DNA of 64,000 nucleotides from Takakia lepidozioides (GCA_030704615.1 CM060734.1:53506001-53570000), one strand, 5' to 3'; shown: positions 1-15,104, counted from the first letter of the stretch. Notes: a model not told the origin generated them from the sequence alone. Numbers and translations: made by a program.

Positions 1-226
1 CAAAACCAAGATGCAGCAGTTGTCATGCAATGGTAATGGGTCACAGTAAGACCTGATGGTAGGCAAAATGACACGGTGCTTCAAAAGCACTGGATCTTGG
101 TTCTGAGGCAATCACTATTCACAAATGTGGCACCTACAGACTCCATAACAGCTTTTCCATTTCGCGTCTTCCTTCCATAACTTGTTTCCTATTTGGCATA
201 ACCTTAGGCAAGAAATAGAAGCCAGA

Positions 227-3048
227 CTACACTAATGTTTTATCGGTAATGTTGCAAGCTGAACCCACCTGTTGTGTTGTTTGTAAGCATTCACGACCAC
301 TTGTGCTCTCCACAATGAGCACCTCCTCTGACCTCTCTATGGACCCATAACCGGTAACTAACCTATTTATTAAGCTGACTTCTGTTGGCATTATCTCTCT
401 CTCTGTGTCTAGTAGCCTAACATCGTCAGTGATACACTCTTCCCTCTGTGTTTGCATGCCTGCAGGATCTGCATGGCTGACCTGGCCTTCTGAATTGCCA
501 GGAGTAGGAACTTCTTTCCCATCAACTACCACAACACGTTGGCAGGATTCCAAAGGACCTGGATTCATGGACTGTACTCCACCAACTGCAAGGCGTGTGG
601 CAGCTGCTGTCCCAACGTAAGACACTTGACGTTGTTTGATTGCAAGGTGCCGTGCTGTCTCCAAGGCTGCCTGCGCGTCCTCGGAATCAGGCTGCTCACA
701 CAGCACACGAAGTTCCACCAAAAAGGGTCATGAGAGGAAAACATACCAACTACGTAACCTGCTCTTTTACCACGGCAAATGCCAAATAATTAGAAGCAAC
801 AAATCTTCCTAGAAGAGCCACAATAAACGTCAAAATAATCATTAATTATGAACTTTTCGGTCTTCAAAACGATAGCTGAAGTGCTGGGGCACAGACAGTA
901 AGACTGTCTCAGTTACTAGAATAGTTATCCTCCAGTACTGATGCTGCAATAAATCACTATAGGCGACCCGCCCTCGAGGAGATAAGTACCCCTGGTGGGG
1001 AAGGGGCTCTTAGTTTGGTTGGCATCATTGCTCTCTCTCTCTTTTCCCTATCAACCTTCTGCTGCAAGAACTCTAAGGCACCTCGAGATTTGTGCAGGGA
1101 GTCAGAACAATACTGGCTCACTCAAGATCCTTCATTGCTCGGCCTTCCCTGATATGGATGCACAGCATGCTACACATGATGCATCAAAGGAGGAATCTAC
1201 CTGAATCTGCAATGCTGTCTGGGAAGTGACAACAGCCAAACCAGGCTCACCATAGTTGAGCTGGGCCCTTGCAAGGGTAATCCATGCCTGCAGACATCAG
1301 CAATACCATTTTCATTTTCCATATCATCCGACCCTGTTCAACCAGCACCACCCACCCTCCCACCTGTTTATAACCCCCCCTCGCTAAATGTGGCTAGTCA
1401 ACATCCAGTCCTTACCAGCCCAAGAGAATGAACGATTACCAGAATTTCTAGACAAAGTAGCCATAGCAATTGTATACAACACCCATAATGACATTACTGC
1501 AGTTGCACCCCACCATGTGAGTCCTGAACCGACAGAGAAGAGGTGTACCTCAGGCCATGATGGCTGGAGCTCTGTGGCACCTGCAGCATCAGACAGTCCA
1601 GGTCAGCACAGCATGCAACCCGCTTTGCATAGCCGCGCCCTCCCTCACTCTATGCCTGTCCAAACCCTGCATGAACTGCCTCAGCATGCAGTAGAGAAAG
1701 ATAATTGAACTTAGGCTCTCAGTCATTTTGCACCATTATTCACCACCTCTTGAAGTAAACAAGTTATTTGTCATGGAATCTTCAGCACAGAAGCAGTTGT
1801 TCGGTTAAAAGTCTGCCTTTGTGTAAATGATTCCTTGGTTCCAATGCAAGCTTCCCGCATAAGATTCTTCCCTTTGATCTGTCAGTGACGGCTTCCTACA
1901 ACACGATGGCTTGTCAAGGTCTTGCAAAAAAGCCCCTGCTGGACTCTAACTCTCACAGGGTATGATTCTCAGCTCCACCTGTCGCTTGAGCACATCAAAC
2001 CAAAATCTCTTGTAGGTCCACTGTTGAGCAGGTTGATGAATGCCTCCAGTGGGCTCCCCATAATGTAAGGTAGAAGATATTGCGTTGATTGTGCAGTTCT
2101 AATATTCTTGCAAAGTGGGAATACATCATACAGCATGAAATACTTCTGGCCAGCTTATATAATAAGCGAGTTTTAGACCCTACACCTTGAAAAGTAAGTC
2201 TGCCACTTATAATCGGAAGAATAAAACACACGGAAGAAGAAGAATTCACACAAAGCAACAAACCATACAGACACAAGCCCATAGGCGAGAGACCGGCAAC
2301 TAGAGGAGTGCAATCAGAGGAAGTATTAGATTCGTACGAGTTGCAGCCTGCACAGCAAGCCAGGAGCGACCAAGTTCCATCAGCACCTGCGCCTTCTGCT
2401 CGTGCAAAACCGCACTAGCTGGTGTCAAGGCTATGGCTGCCTCCCACTTTCCAAGTGCTTCCCCATACTTTCCTTCCTGAAATCCCTCCCCAACACCTGC
2501 GTTAATCCTTGGTTGCAGCTCCATGTAGCAAAAGAAACACACTGAATTCGGATGCTAACTGCTGTCCGACTGCCATCCAGAGCAAGAATACTGGGGCAAC
2601 CAAAAATTGACCGATAACTTACAGCCGATGATTGCATGTACTTACCTGCAGACACTCCCATGAACAAGGGCGCTTAATTCCAGATCCCGCTAGACAAACC
2701 TTTCCGGAAACAGCACAGATAATCACTAGAAGGAAGCCCTAGTACATTTAAACTCACACACACCCCAGTACTAATGCGCACACAGGTTGGAAAAGGACCG
2801 CAGACCTCGGCTAGACTGTCTCCATCGTTCTGCAACCTTTGAGACTGCCGGGTCGTGTCGTCGTCCTCACAACTTTTTGTAATCCCTGTGACCTCGGCCA
2901 GTACGGTGGATGGCTCACTCAGACCCTCAAGAGAATTGCTGACCGACACTGGGCGCTCGGGAGAAGATGGCTCGAAGGGCAGCCTCCCTGTGAAGGAAGA
3001 GGAGAGGGGGCGGGGCCGCTTGCGCTGATTCTTCCATACCATCTGCAT
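227..3048 (-). CDS. TPR-repeat protein (TTC33-like), 5 exons: 3048-2806, 2476-2338, 1580-1549, 1287-1201, 691-227
   Basis: GT-AG introns join the pieces in frame (966 nt in total): MQMVWKNQRKRPRP...DSLAE/EGKYGEALGKWEAAIALTPASAVLHEQKAQVLMELGRSWLAVQAATR/ATELQPSWPE/AWITLARAQLNYGEP. The pattern is TPR helices. Confidence 0.85.
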
Positions 3049-4062
3049 ACTGCCTGCTTCTTTTTCTGGGTACCTTCGGGCATCCAAAGAAGAAAGCAAC
3101 TCTTTGTGTGCTGGATCCTTGGCAAGTCAATAGAGTCTGAGTGTATGAGTGAGGGAGAAGACAGAGAAGAGGGACACGCATGTTATCTTCTCTCCCCTAG
3201 ATGCTACAAGGCCCTCATCCGCCTTGTATCATAAAATGTAATAAGGTTTCTGGCACAAAGATTTGACGGAACCAGGAAGAATCAAGAATCCTTAAGAATT
3301 CTGTTATGCGAGATGGTCTGAAATACAAAGGTTGTAACCGGAACCAAAGGAAAGAACAGGGATGATTGTGCTCTTTTAGAGTCTTTGAATTGTGTCTCAC
3401 TATTAGGAATGCAATCTGTCGCTGAGGGTGACAATGCCAATGATGGTGTCTCTGTCCATCTCTCTCTCCTACATTTTGGGATCAGCAACTGCACTTTTTC
3501 CTCTATGGGGGTGGGGGTGTAAGCAGAGTGAAATGTTTCGAAATTTGGTGCAAACCAGAAGGCTACAAGACACTGCAGCCAGCACCCTCATGCTTCCTAA
3601 GTATGATAGAAATGCCATGATAGAAATCCAGGTAACCAGATTGCATTGCCACAGGCTGGGCACAAGTAGTGAGGGACTTCCCATATCCTGCAATGGGCTG
3701 AGACCCCATGACCAGCTCTGGATGGGGACCATGTTCCTATGCTCGCAAGAATATGGTCAACAACATTCTCTCCTTTGGAGCCCAACTGTGGGAGCAATGT
3801 GTGTTGAAATTATTGTCACTGAAATAAATGGCATGAAGAATCCAAAAGAGAGAGTATTGACCTGAAATGATATGCAACAAAACTTGGTGATCTCTTTGTC
3901 ATGCACCCAATGAAAGAATGTGCTTTTTCTGCTCTAAATACGTGTAAGGGTGACAGAAGATATCTAGACCTCATTATTTGGAACCAATGTTCATAGTATC
4001 AAAACTTGACCCCCTGTTTAATGGCTTAAGGGGGAAGATTGCTCAAAAGGAGCTGTTGTCGA

Positions 4063-7000
4063 CTAATACAAACCAATCACCTTCCACCAAATGCCTCCTG
4101 CCACTGCCCATACAAGAATGTTCCAGACAGCGCAGATTGCTCCAAGTCTGAACACGTCCTTCAGCTCCACATAGCCAGCTGGAATTACCAAAGCAGAGGA
4201 GAGGGGGGGGGAGAGGTGGTGAGGATGTAAGTATTGCAGCAAAACCAACGACATGACAAAATACAAAAAGAAACTGTCCTCGAGCTTAATAGCACAGTTC
4301 GTTCACAGCACTGCCAACAGTTCCCTTTGGCCAAAACGGTGTATTTGGTACAGTCATCAAGTTACATCTAGCAAATAGTTAGGTTCCTTCTCCAAATGTA
4401 CAATTTACCAAGATTATTGAACCCTGAACCTCAGCGGTGGGTGCAAGTGTGTAAAGCTCTTTCTTAACATACACCGTCTGAGGTGTCATTGCCTGCTATG
4501 CACAAGCGATCAGGAAATTTTGCTGGAATTGCAAAACCCAGTGTTGAGGACTGCAGGAGGTTTAGTGGCCTGGAGGAATTCTACCATCAGAGGAATGTTC
4601 CTAAAGAGGATCATTCTCTGTGAGAATACCCCGGACAATGTATCAGAAATGGATGTTATCTTCAGGGCACATACAAGTTCCTTTCCCCTCTCTGCATCTG
4701 TTTTTTTGTTCAAAGGAGTGGAAATACAAAGATGGCAAGGAAGGAGATCATAGGCAAAGGTTGAGTAGTAGAGGAGATAAACAAGAAAAGACTTCTGACT
4801 GAGATGCTAGGTGCTGCTAGAAAGAGGCAGGTTGGTCAGGCATCGAAAGGAAACTACCAATGTGTATGAATTTCACTAGACTACATAGCACTGACTTCAT
4901 TAGACATAGGGGAAGATGAGAGAAACTTACAGCCATAATAGACTGCGGCTTGTCCACTGCTGTAGTGTGTGAGTGCACCAAAGAGATTGGTGTTATAGGC
5001 CAAACTCAACGCCGCAAGTATAGCAGGAACTCCTGCAGCGACATGCATTGCCAAAAAGGCGGAATAGAGGGCACCCACATGCCCTGTTTGGCTGGCAAAC
5101 ATATAGTGGGAGACAAAATATGTAGCCTGGAGCACTCCGTAGGCTGCTGGCCAGCTCAATGAGTAAGAGGCAAGTGTCTTGGCAACCCCATCAGACATCC
5201 ATTGGACGAGACCAAGGCTTGACAGATTTGCAGCCATGCCGACCAAGACCGCAAACCATGTCAGTGTGTCCCAGGCTGATTTCTCACTGAGGCAATCGTC
5301 CCAATTCAGGACACCCAAGAGGAGGAGGATGCAGAGTCCCAACATTGCAGCCACCACGCTTGCAATTCCCAGCTTCTCCCTGCGTTGTACAGAGAGGATG
5401 GTAAATTACAAGCAAGAATTTGAACCTTTATCAGATGCACAATGTTCTTCTGTTCCTAGTCTCTGTGTAGACACAATGCATTATAATAAGGGCACGTAGA
5501 GGAAAGAGATGAAAACTTGTTCCAACCACAAAGTTTATACTTCATATTTCTGGAAGGAGTGAGAAGTGCACAAACACACACACACACAAGCGGGGTTGAG
5601 ATTTACCCAAACACCCAGAGAGTGACCGCCAGCAACATAGTTGCAACCATAGTCCACTCATTCTGTGTGACAGGGCCCATGGCCTCCAGCTTCTTTGCAG
5701 CTGATGCTGGCGCCTCAGGTGTATCCTTAATCTCTGGGGGAAATATCTTGTACAGCAAAAGTGGGGTTGTAAGCAAAGCTGTAATCGCGGGAACACTTGC
5801 TGCCTTGAACCAGGAGACCCATGGATTTCCAACGATTACTCCAAGTTCTTGGGCCAGTTTCAGGCAAAGAAGGTTTTGAGCTGCAGCAGTCAGAAAAAGG
5901 GCACTCGAGTTTCCGGCTGCCTGACACATACAATCAGCATTTAGCTGGTCAGGGGCTGCAGAAAGATTTCCATCACCAATGGGAACTGAATTTCACCACA
6001 ACGCCTTCATTTACAACTTGATTGCGGGAGAGGCAAATAGTACATAGCAGGAATTGTGGATATGACACCGCAAGGTACCCTTTGGCATATGCAAAGCTTT
6101 CCATGGATTATCACGCATTTCCACAGCGGTGGGGTTAAACATATTTGCTGCGTTCTGCATGAGACAAGATTAAGACTCGTGCAAACTGTTTTCGTGTTGA
6201 GTTTCAGAGCTATGTTATTGCAGGCCCTGCATGTGGGGCACTCAAACCAGACCACAATAATCCTTCCCTTCATTCTTCCCTCCTCACCTCCCTTGATTGT
6301 GCTAAGACCCTGATATTGCTTAGTATTTCACAAACTCAAATGCAAATATAAATATTATCAAGTCACTAGGCACAAGGTTATACCTGAAATTGGGATTGCA
6401 CGAGGTAAGCCCCAAGCCTGCTGGAGGATTTATCATTGGGTAGGCTGCCAGATGATAGAGACAAAGACTTGATAATAGGAAGAAACACGCCTCCTGCGCG
6501 AGCAGTGGTGCTAGGCATTGCAGGAGCCAGCAAAGCCTCGCTCACTGTAAGCCCATACGAGAGCCCAAGCGTGCTTTTACCCAACCATTTCACAAAGTAA
6601 GTTGCAATGCGGTCGCCCAACCCTGTTTTCACAAATCCTCTGGCAAAGAAAAAGGAGATCACAATCAACCATATGACATCGTTTGTGAATGCACCGAATG
6701 CAGCTGCAAACGAGAGTGTGCGAGTGAGCACGGCGGTGGTCAAGCCAAGAAAAGCCCATGCGCCCACAGGGAGTGGGGAGAGGACCAGCCCAGTTATGGT
6801 TGATATAAAGATTGCAAGGAGCTGCCATGCTTGACTTGTAACAGCTGCAGGCTTTGGAACAAGATATCTGAGTGCAAGACCGACGCCTAGCGACAACACT
6901 AGAGGCAGGGGCTTTGCTCCTGCCCACACACTTGTTGTGGGGCCAGCCTCGTCCTCAATCAGCTCTGAAGTCGCTGTTGCACTGGCCATTGGTTGAACAT

Positions 7001-7283
7001 TACCAATGCCTTTCATCCTATAAGGTCTTGAGATATGTGACCACTGGGTAGTACGCCCTGTGAGGGCGGGAAGCAGAGATCTGCTGAATGCTGCATTGGA
7101 GAGAAATGTAGCCTGGGAGATGCATTTTGATGACACAAGAGAAGGGCAACTGGGGCAGAGTTTAGAGGCTATTTGTGTGGGTGCCGTGTTCTGCATTAGC
7201 GCTGAGTATGGTTGGCTATGGCGGTGCCTCAGAGAGCACTGTAAGGTTTGTACGGTCCTCCCTGCCTGCATTGCTGCTGCCAT
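4063..7283 (-). CDS. DiT1: Plastid 2-oxoglutarate/malate translocator (DASS family), exons 7283-6384, 5920-5607, 5379-4931, 4178-4063
   Basis: Ser/Ala-rich transit peptide; motifs APAMPSTTARAGG, NSSALFLTAAAQNLLC, HYMFASQTGHVGALY, LTHYSSGQAAVYYG and C-terminal GGIWWKVIGLY; canonical splice sites keep the frame. Confidence 0.93.
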
Positions 7284-10200
7284 CGCCCTCCGTAACTTGA
7301 GTGTCTATGAGTGTCTCAATTTATCTCTTCAAAACATCACCTCCGACTCAACTCATAAAACGTCCCACTGCTTCCCTCCCTCCCAGTCTGTTTCTCTCAA
7401 GTCCAGATTTGGTCCAAATCTCTGAACAAAAACGTTCGCCACCTGCTGCCCTCCTTGCAGATCTGCACACACAACACCACATTAGCAGATATAACAGATC
7501 CGATTGATTGCATTTTACTAGTACATTTGGACAGATGGAATTCCCTTACAGGTAGTGGCCTCTACTACATTAGTAACAACTGGTTATGTCTAACATGATG
7601 CTTGTTGAATCTGGTGTTTACAGCTGCTAGACTATACTCGAAAGGGTATGTCTCCATGGACAGATGCAAATTTGTAGTCTGAGTTACCCCCTCAAATCCA
7701 GAGAGGTGAAGACCATGAATACATAGCACAGCCATGGCCATCATCAGCTCAAAATGTCTGGAATTCATCCACTCTGATGTTGCTGTGGGAACAGCATCCA
7801 TCAACTCTCAAACCTTCAAATGCACCAGGCAAGCCATCCATTGTGAGAAGGGCTGTAGAGACATATACAGTGGCTTATAGTTGTGGACTACTTTTAACTC
7901 ACTGGTTTTTCCTCATTCCGATAATACTCTATTTTCCTTTGTGTAGAGACGGTCCAGTGTAAAGTCCGGCCAATCCCTCCCTCACATATCGTATGGATTC
8001 CAGACAAACAATGTGCTTGCGTGATCTGTTACAAGATTCATTACGCCCACAGTTCAAACTACACTGGGAAACGAGTGGTTGTATACCACAAGAGCCGAAG
8101 AACAGGGTGGGCTCTAATGATTCCCGCTCGCATCCCTCGTTGTGCAGACTGCGAGGTCCGATGCCCTTGTGTATCTGAAGAAAGCAGGTATGACCCCGCA
8201 TAGAGATTTTGGGGAACCCAGACATGAAGGAAGACACTGGTGGTCCGAAGGCAGGTTTCCGTATCTTTGGTGAGGCTTGAGAAGTTGCAGGTGATATTGG
8301 GTAAATTGGGAACCACAGAGCCTATGAAAGAAGAACACGCGAAAGAATTCGCACTTTGCACTAAAACCCTTACATCCAGCCCCAGCAGACCCAGGGCCCA
8401 AAGCCATGAAATCCAACTTTACAATGTGGGAGGGATTTTGTGTTTTGCAAAACCATTAAATGGCAGCTCGTTCACTGACAAACAACGATCCTCCCTGCAA
8501 TGAGAGTCAGGGGTTACCTTGGACTTCTCCCTCGCTATTCTTCACCTGGGGGTAGTTCTCTGACCTCGTGCCGAAGTCGCCTCCTCACTACCTATCTTCA
8601 ATTCGTAATCCACCCCCCTCACACTTCTCTCTCCCAAGTTTCTCTCCCCTTCCTGATATAGCAAGGCCCTGGATCGGCAGCTCTCTCATCGACCTCCTCG
8701 CCTATGAAACTGCTGGATCTGCGTGTTGAAGGATATCCTCGTCCACCCACCTCGTTGGGATAATCGACGGCGGTACATCGTTGGTTTCTGCTACCAATTT
8801 TTTCGTGGCGTTGTTTAGCGCATCCGTTTCCTTGTGCCTCGATCTGCGTGTTACTACTTGGCCAACTGCCCAATCATGCTTTTCCTAGAAATGCAACATA
8901 CAGATAATATTTTCTCTTCCCTTCCGTAAGTTTTTGACTGCATGCGAGGGATCCCTGCACGACAGATCCTCGATTCTCTTGGGTGAGTGAGAGGATACCA
9001 TCTGCAGGAATCCGGGCTTTCATCCAGGAAGTGCGAGATCATCCGCGAGCAAAAGATCAGGCGCCTGTGTTCTGCAGCAATCGCACCGAGATGAGTGAAA
9101 TGCAACCAACACTAGGCTGGGGAGGCACAGTTGGGTGGACTGAGATGTTTGCAAGAGCACCCACCAGCAGCTGTGCGGGGGTGTGTGTGTGGATGCACCA
9201 CACAGGGCAGCCATGCCCGCCTGTTGGGCCCCTTCAGCTGGCCGCCATGGCGTTTGCAGCTGGACTTCGTCGGCTCGCCATCAAGGCGCACATGAAGCAC
9301 AGCGCTACCGTTTAGCTAGAGGGGTGTTGATGCTTGCTGTCTCACCCAGTTCAGCCGGACAAGAAGCCCGTCTCACATCTCCTCGCACTGAAACTAGACT
9401 GGTAGGAAATCTAGATGGGAGAAGTTGGGTTGGATTGTGTAGTGTTGGTGGAGCTGGTAGAGGCATTTATTCCAGAAGGTGGAATCACATAAACCACCAT
9501 AGTGAGGAATTTCGCCTTTCGAAGTGGCAGATTTCGAGCTTAATCCCGCTGCAAGATTTCGAGGGTCCTGTAGTTTCACAGTTTTCGGAGCTACCATTTT
9601 CGGGATCGAGTGAGGATCCTCAGCGTACCTATAGCGTCAAAAGGCATGCCACATTTCTCACTTTTGCTGCATTCTGTTGGCCTCTTGATTGGCCTGCTCT
9701 TTGTGTGTTATAGAGCCATCACTTCTCGGATGAAGTCTCTAGGAGGTACCAGCCTTTGTAGATTTGCGTACATCTGCAACGGGTAGCGATTTGAATAGGG
9801 CCTAATTGTAAATTATCTTGGAGGAGAGGTGTAGAAAGAGTTGAGAGGGGGACAGAGCGAAGAAAGACGGAAAGAAGGAAGGAAATGAGCTTCTTAATGT
9901 CAGCAAACAAAATAGGAAGAACAAGAAATTCAGTAGAAGGGGAGGAGGGGGGGGGGAGAGGAGAGATAGAGATAGAGAGAAATCTGAAAACGTAAAGGAG
10001 GCGGCTATAACTTAGAGGTGTCACATTGTGACCTCTCTAGAATTAGAACTGGTTAGAGTCTACAGAGCCCAAGTAACTACAAGCTGTCCGGCGAATGAAT
10101 GCCTCGATCATTTGTAAGTGTTGTTTTTTCAGCGAGCAACGAGTGCTTCGACCTGTCAATGCGTACATACTTACAGTGAACGTTCTGAAAACAACAGCAT

Positions 10201-10341
10201 TCGCCACATATCAGGGGCTATACAGGAATTGGAGTTACCAAATCAGAATAACAACTACTAGAGTAATAGCCTGTAATAGAAGAGTTTATGTGGCTTATGT
10301 AAGATCATTTCATCACGGGTTCTCCATTGTGTGTGAGACAG

Positions 10342-12515
10342 AAGCAGGACTGTGAGAGTGGACGAGTGTCGAAGTGCCAGACAAGAGAGCGCTCCCGATG
10401 GAGCCTCCCTTTCAGCACTGCGGAGACCCGTCGCATCTTTCCAGCCTCCGAGAATGTCTACATGGCTGCCTGGCGCAACTGCCCAGACCCACTTGCAAGC
10501 AACTCTCACACCTGCATTGAAATTTTGGGTCATCACAGTCTCCACATCTGAGATGTTACTTGCTGCAGCCACCTTACGGGCCCAAATTTTTTACACATAT
10601 CCGCAGTATGAAGGTGTTGAAAAAGAGGGTGTGGAAGGCATCAAGGAGCGCATGTCTCACAGTTTTTTTGTAAAAGATTTGCTCAAATCAAAAACACGGT
10701 CGGAATTCAACCGGGTATGTAAAACATCCCTCCCTGTACCTGTACAAGCCATCCAAAGTATCATCACTTTGGCCAGGCATGTTTCATGGATACACTACTA
10801 CCTTTTGAGGCACTGTTTGTTGTAAAAGGATGTATTATCTCTGACCAATGCTAGTCTGGGGGGATGGTCCTCTCATATGCTAGGAGAGGGGGGGTACAAT
10901 CTTGTGTCAGACCGATTGTGCAAAGGGTTAGACATGAAACGCTCCTGAGCATGAATAGTGGTAAGACAGAGAGGACATTTGGTTCCTCAGTAAGCCATCA
11001 AGTATTCAAATAATCTTCTGAATGAGCGCAAATAGTGGGAAGATGATGCAGGAGAGTAAGATGCAGTTTCTGGGAATGCGGGTCAAGTGCTTGCTGGCCG
11101 TTTGTGAAAAGTCAAACCTTGAAGCTCTTCTTTTGTCAACACCAAAGGATGAGAGCTATACTTCAGCAATGCCTTCTATCTTCTCTCCTCCAGAGGTTGC
11201 CTGGCCGGAACTATGCGATTCCAAGGGCTTTGTAGCCATTGGCACTTTGGACATCCAAGTGAGAATTTTTCACATTTGACATGTGCCTGTATGGACCATA
11301 TAATTTTCTATCACTCAGACATTGCGTATAGACTATCAAAGAGAGAGTAGAGATTCAAGCAATCACAGCCATAGAGCATCAAATGCGATGGTGGCTGATA
11401 TGGGATCTCAAAGGATGGAACAGGGTCAAAGCCCACTGCGGATGTGAACCTTGTCACCTTCCAGCTCTATTCTATGGCCCACTTGGGGAAGCAGCAGAAG
11501 CAGGTAGGTGTGACTGCCCAACACTGCATATGTCATCACCCTGCAGCAGTGCCAAGGATAGTTCTTGGTCACTGATTCCTGCGGCTCCATGCAGTCGCAG
11601 TCTCCTAGGGGACCTGAACAGGAAAGATCCATCTATTTAACCATCGTAAAAAGAAAAATTGAGTCAGTTAACTCCAGGTTTGGGCAGGTGGGGGACACCT
11701 GTAAAGCAGAATGGGCGTGGAGGAAGCTTCCCAGGCCATTTGCATTGAAAATCCATGTGAAATCTGCAGAACCTCTGTCAAAATTCTAGCCTTTGCATTG
11801 AAGCTTTGCTTGAGAACTTGACAGTGCCAGTGGATTTGACACCAAGTCTAGCTTGTGACTCCGACGTTGGAATGTCAAGATTTGTGGCGGAACTTTTTAC
11901 TTTAGGGATACATGTGTTTAATGTTGTGTTCCCTACTGCCCAGGTTAGCAAAGGGAAGAATCTGGAGGATATGCTACCTATCGAGGAAGGGTGCGCTCTG
12001 CAACAGGGCTACATCTTCAATCTCTGTGTGATTGAAACAGTACGGCGGCAGGGTGTTGCAAGAGCACTTATGGAGGAGGCTTTACAGGTATTCAATACTT
12101 TCCTTGTCATTCAATAGCTTGGCGCAACACTTTTTTGATGGTTGTTAGATCTTAGCAATAATCCACACCTGTACCTCATGTGTTCTTTGGTCAAAGTTCA
12201 TTGAGGACCATGCAACAAAGATCTAATGGGGCAAAAAGGCCCGCACTGATTGGCATACAGCATGCAACCAGAGAACCAGAATGAGGCTGTGATGATTGTG
12301 GGATCTGTATGTCACTCATGACATTCTGTACCACAATACAGGTGGCAAAGCAGATGGAGCTAAAGATTCTGTATGTGCATGTGGAAGCTGACAACCCGGC
12401 AGCTTTAGCTCTTTATAAAGGTCTAGGATATGCCTTGGAGGAGGAGGAACCCATGGAAGTAGAAACCAGGTTAAAAAGGCCCAGGAGATTGTTGCTTAGC
12501 TTTTGGGTGTTGTAA
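10342..12515 (+). CDS. GNAT-family N-acetyltransferase; exons ~10342-10714, 11052-11258, 11944-12087, 12342-12515 (first exon not resolved)
   Basis: Acetyl-CoA motif A (YIFNLCVIETVRRQGVARALM) and motif B (LYVHVEADNPAALALYKGLGY); GT-AG junctions in frame. Confidence 0.8.
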
Positions 12516-13089
12516 AATATATTTGCCTGTGACTATCTTCTGAATACTAGGACTCATGCAACAGACTGCTAAACTGTAGATGGATACCTGCCAGCTCCAA
12601 TCTCCAATCCAAGAGTTACCACAAGATTTACCATGAGTTCGGATGCTTGGAAGCTGAGCCCACTGTCATTTAAATACCAATCTGAACATGGGCTTTTAAA
12701 AGCATGAAGCCTTGCAGCTGCCATCTCCCCAAAAGACTTGAAGGCACCAAATTTCTGAAGCTTCTCCACAGTATGAAGTCCTACTCATGATGGTGGTCTA
12801 GTCTTGGCAGTCATGGTCTATGATTCATGTCCACTGAAGGACTGTGTCATCTAGATCTCAGCAAGCTGCATGTCCATTAAACTGCTGGTGTTGACTCTTG
12901 GACTTCAACTCGCGGAACAGTCTATTTCATGGCAAACACTGTCAATCTCAGCTGCTGACAGCATTCACAGGTCTGAAAAGGTCTGTCCTGATTTGTAGTT
13001 GAATAAATTGCAACAAATTAACGGATCATCTCGACTATGACCCTGAATGATGGCCCTGATCTATGGATAGTTCCATGGAGGCATAGTAG

Positions 13090-13450
13090 ATGCAAGGATG
13101 CTTACAAAGGCACTCCAGATTTTGGGCATCCTGTATGTTGCTCAAATCCAAGGCCACAGATTACATTGCTCCTCTGATCACTGCAGCCTTAGTGGCCAAG
13201 GAGAGCTCTACAACCTTGCACAGAAAAATTAAAGCCCTCACTAAATGCCTCTCTGTCTGCCAATCCAGAATTGAGTCCCACAGATGTGATAATCATATCT
13301 TCCTTACCTACCTCGAAGCAAAAACCAATCTGGATACCTTTCAATCTCTTCAAGACCAGAAGCTCAAGCTCCAGCCTGGGGCTGGGATTACTGGTCAACT
13401 AAAGGAGAGAAAATGACGAAGTACTTTTTTGATAAAACCAGGCCGTGCAG
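13090..13450 (+). mobile_element. L1-type LINE ORF2 fragment (linker between endonuclease and RT)
   Basis: Helical K/L-rich ORF, then a frameshifted WDYWSTKGEKMTKYFF resembling the L1 W..xGDxNTKFF motif. Confidence 0.55.
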
Positions 13451-13944
13451 GGCCTCTCAAACCATCACTGAGTTGGTGGATAGTTCCTCTGAACATAGCA
13501 CTAGAGTAGGCAGCCCAGTGGTTGAGTTTATGTGCGGTGCATAACCTAGGTGATCAAAGCCCACGTAACTTGTCTTACGGCTGCTGCCCCCTTTTTGAGG
13601 GTGGGCCCTATTCCGAGGGTGAAGAGACACTCCTCCCTCTTCTCTTTTGATTATTAAGTTAGATGAAGTGAATATTGTATTTTTGATGTAATTTTTAATA
13701 GATTGACTTTTTGTTCGAAGTTTCTTGAAAATGGAATCAGCAAGCTTCACATTTGTTCACTAGGACAGATTCACCCAGTTATTAGCTACATATGAAGATG
13801 ATGCTAAGTTTCATCAGTTAAATACTTAATACCCACCTGCAAAAAAGAACTCCGTCATATATGTAAAATTAATTGCATCCATCTATTATCACCCTTTCAT
13901 CCCCTCGTATGAGTGATTATATATATATGCTTGGTTGCCAAATT

Positions 13945-14345
13945 TTTGGAATTCCATTATATTCAACTCATTTCAGATTTATCCCTTGAAACATCCAATT
14001 CCGTTATATTCAGTTTCCTTCGGGTTTAACCCTTTCAGTTCTATAACTTCGTCCTGCACAACTCCATTCATTTGAGTTCAATTCAAATTTATCCCTTTTG
14101 TTTCCATTGTTTCCAAGGAAACACCAGCCCCAACAACTGGGCCTTGAGGGGGAATTATCCAGTTTTTTTCTTTTTTAAGGGAAAAATAGTCCCGGAAATA
14201 TATTGCAGGATGTGGAAAAAAAATACCCACTCATGAGGCCAGTTCAGAATCATTATATTCAGCTTTATAGCATCCACTTCCATTTGGATTTATCCCTTTA
14301 GTTCCATTATACTAAATTCCCTTCAGCTCTACCACATTCAATTCA
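13945..14345. repeat. Degenerate AT-rich tandem repeats
   Basis: Recurring TTCCATTATATTCA and GATTTATCCCTT words. Confidence 0.4.
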
Positions 14346-14878
14346 TCGTTTTATTTTTATTTTTTCGATACCACCGGAGGGATCACATGTGAATTTTACC
14401 CCACGACTGAGCTTCGGCTGGCGTCATATATATATATATATACCCCACGACCATGTGCCGAGGTGGCTGGGAAAGAAAAGTAGCTATATAACAGGTGGCA
14501 CGTTCTAACTAGTCGATAATGGAAAAATCAGGCTCCTGATATCCAACTAATGCAGGCTCTTTTTGGCAAGTGTTTCAAATTTTGCCCACCATATGTACAA
14601 CTAGCTAACCCATTTTCCAGGTCACAATCTGATAATTTTCAATAGAAAAAATAAACACTCATTCAATACATTCCATTCAATTTTATTAGTTCAGATTTGT
14701 CCCTTGCATTTCAATTTTTTTTCACTACTGAAGTGACACAAAGGCATTTTGTAAGTTCTAAACTTCAGATTTTTTTGCTCCTCTTTATTTTAAAGAAGAG
14801 ACTACGCATCAATGTCAAAAATTGAGAAGCCCCTCTTGTGCCTTCTCCACATGTCACCTCCTCTCTTTTCCATGATGT

Positions 14879-15104
14879 TGTCATGGTTTTAGTCATGGTT
14901 AATTAGAATTACCTACTTCTAGTTAACTAGGACATTTTGGATATTTATATGTGCATTTTGTGTGTTGGGACTTCATTTGGTCTCATATGTCAAGTGAGGT
15001 GTCAAGCCTCACTTGGGACATAGGGATGGGTTTTCCCCTTGTGAGGGTTGAGGAGGCTATCTTCTTATAGTTGAGCTTTCATGAGCGTCTCTCACCTCCA
15101 TAGC
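14879..15104 (+). repeat. Truncated terminal repeat A of the DNMT-gypsy family (same subfamily as 33257)
   Basis: Starts TGTCATGGTTTTAGTCATGG and is near-identical to 33257-33484 and to the A copy starting at 39472. Confidence 0.9.

Noticed and set aside
7900-9700. Several 60-176 aa ORFs between DiT1 and the GNAT gene
   Set aside because: No recognisable motif or consistent splice model; possibly a decayed TE.
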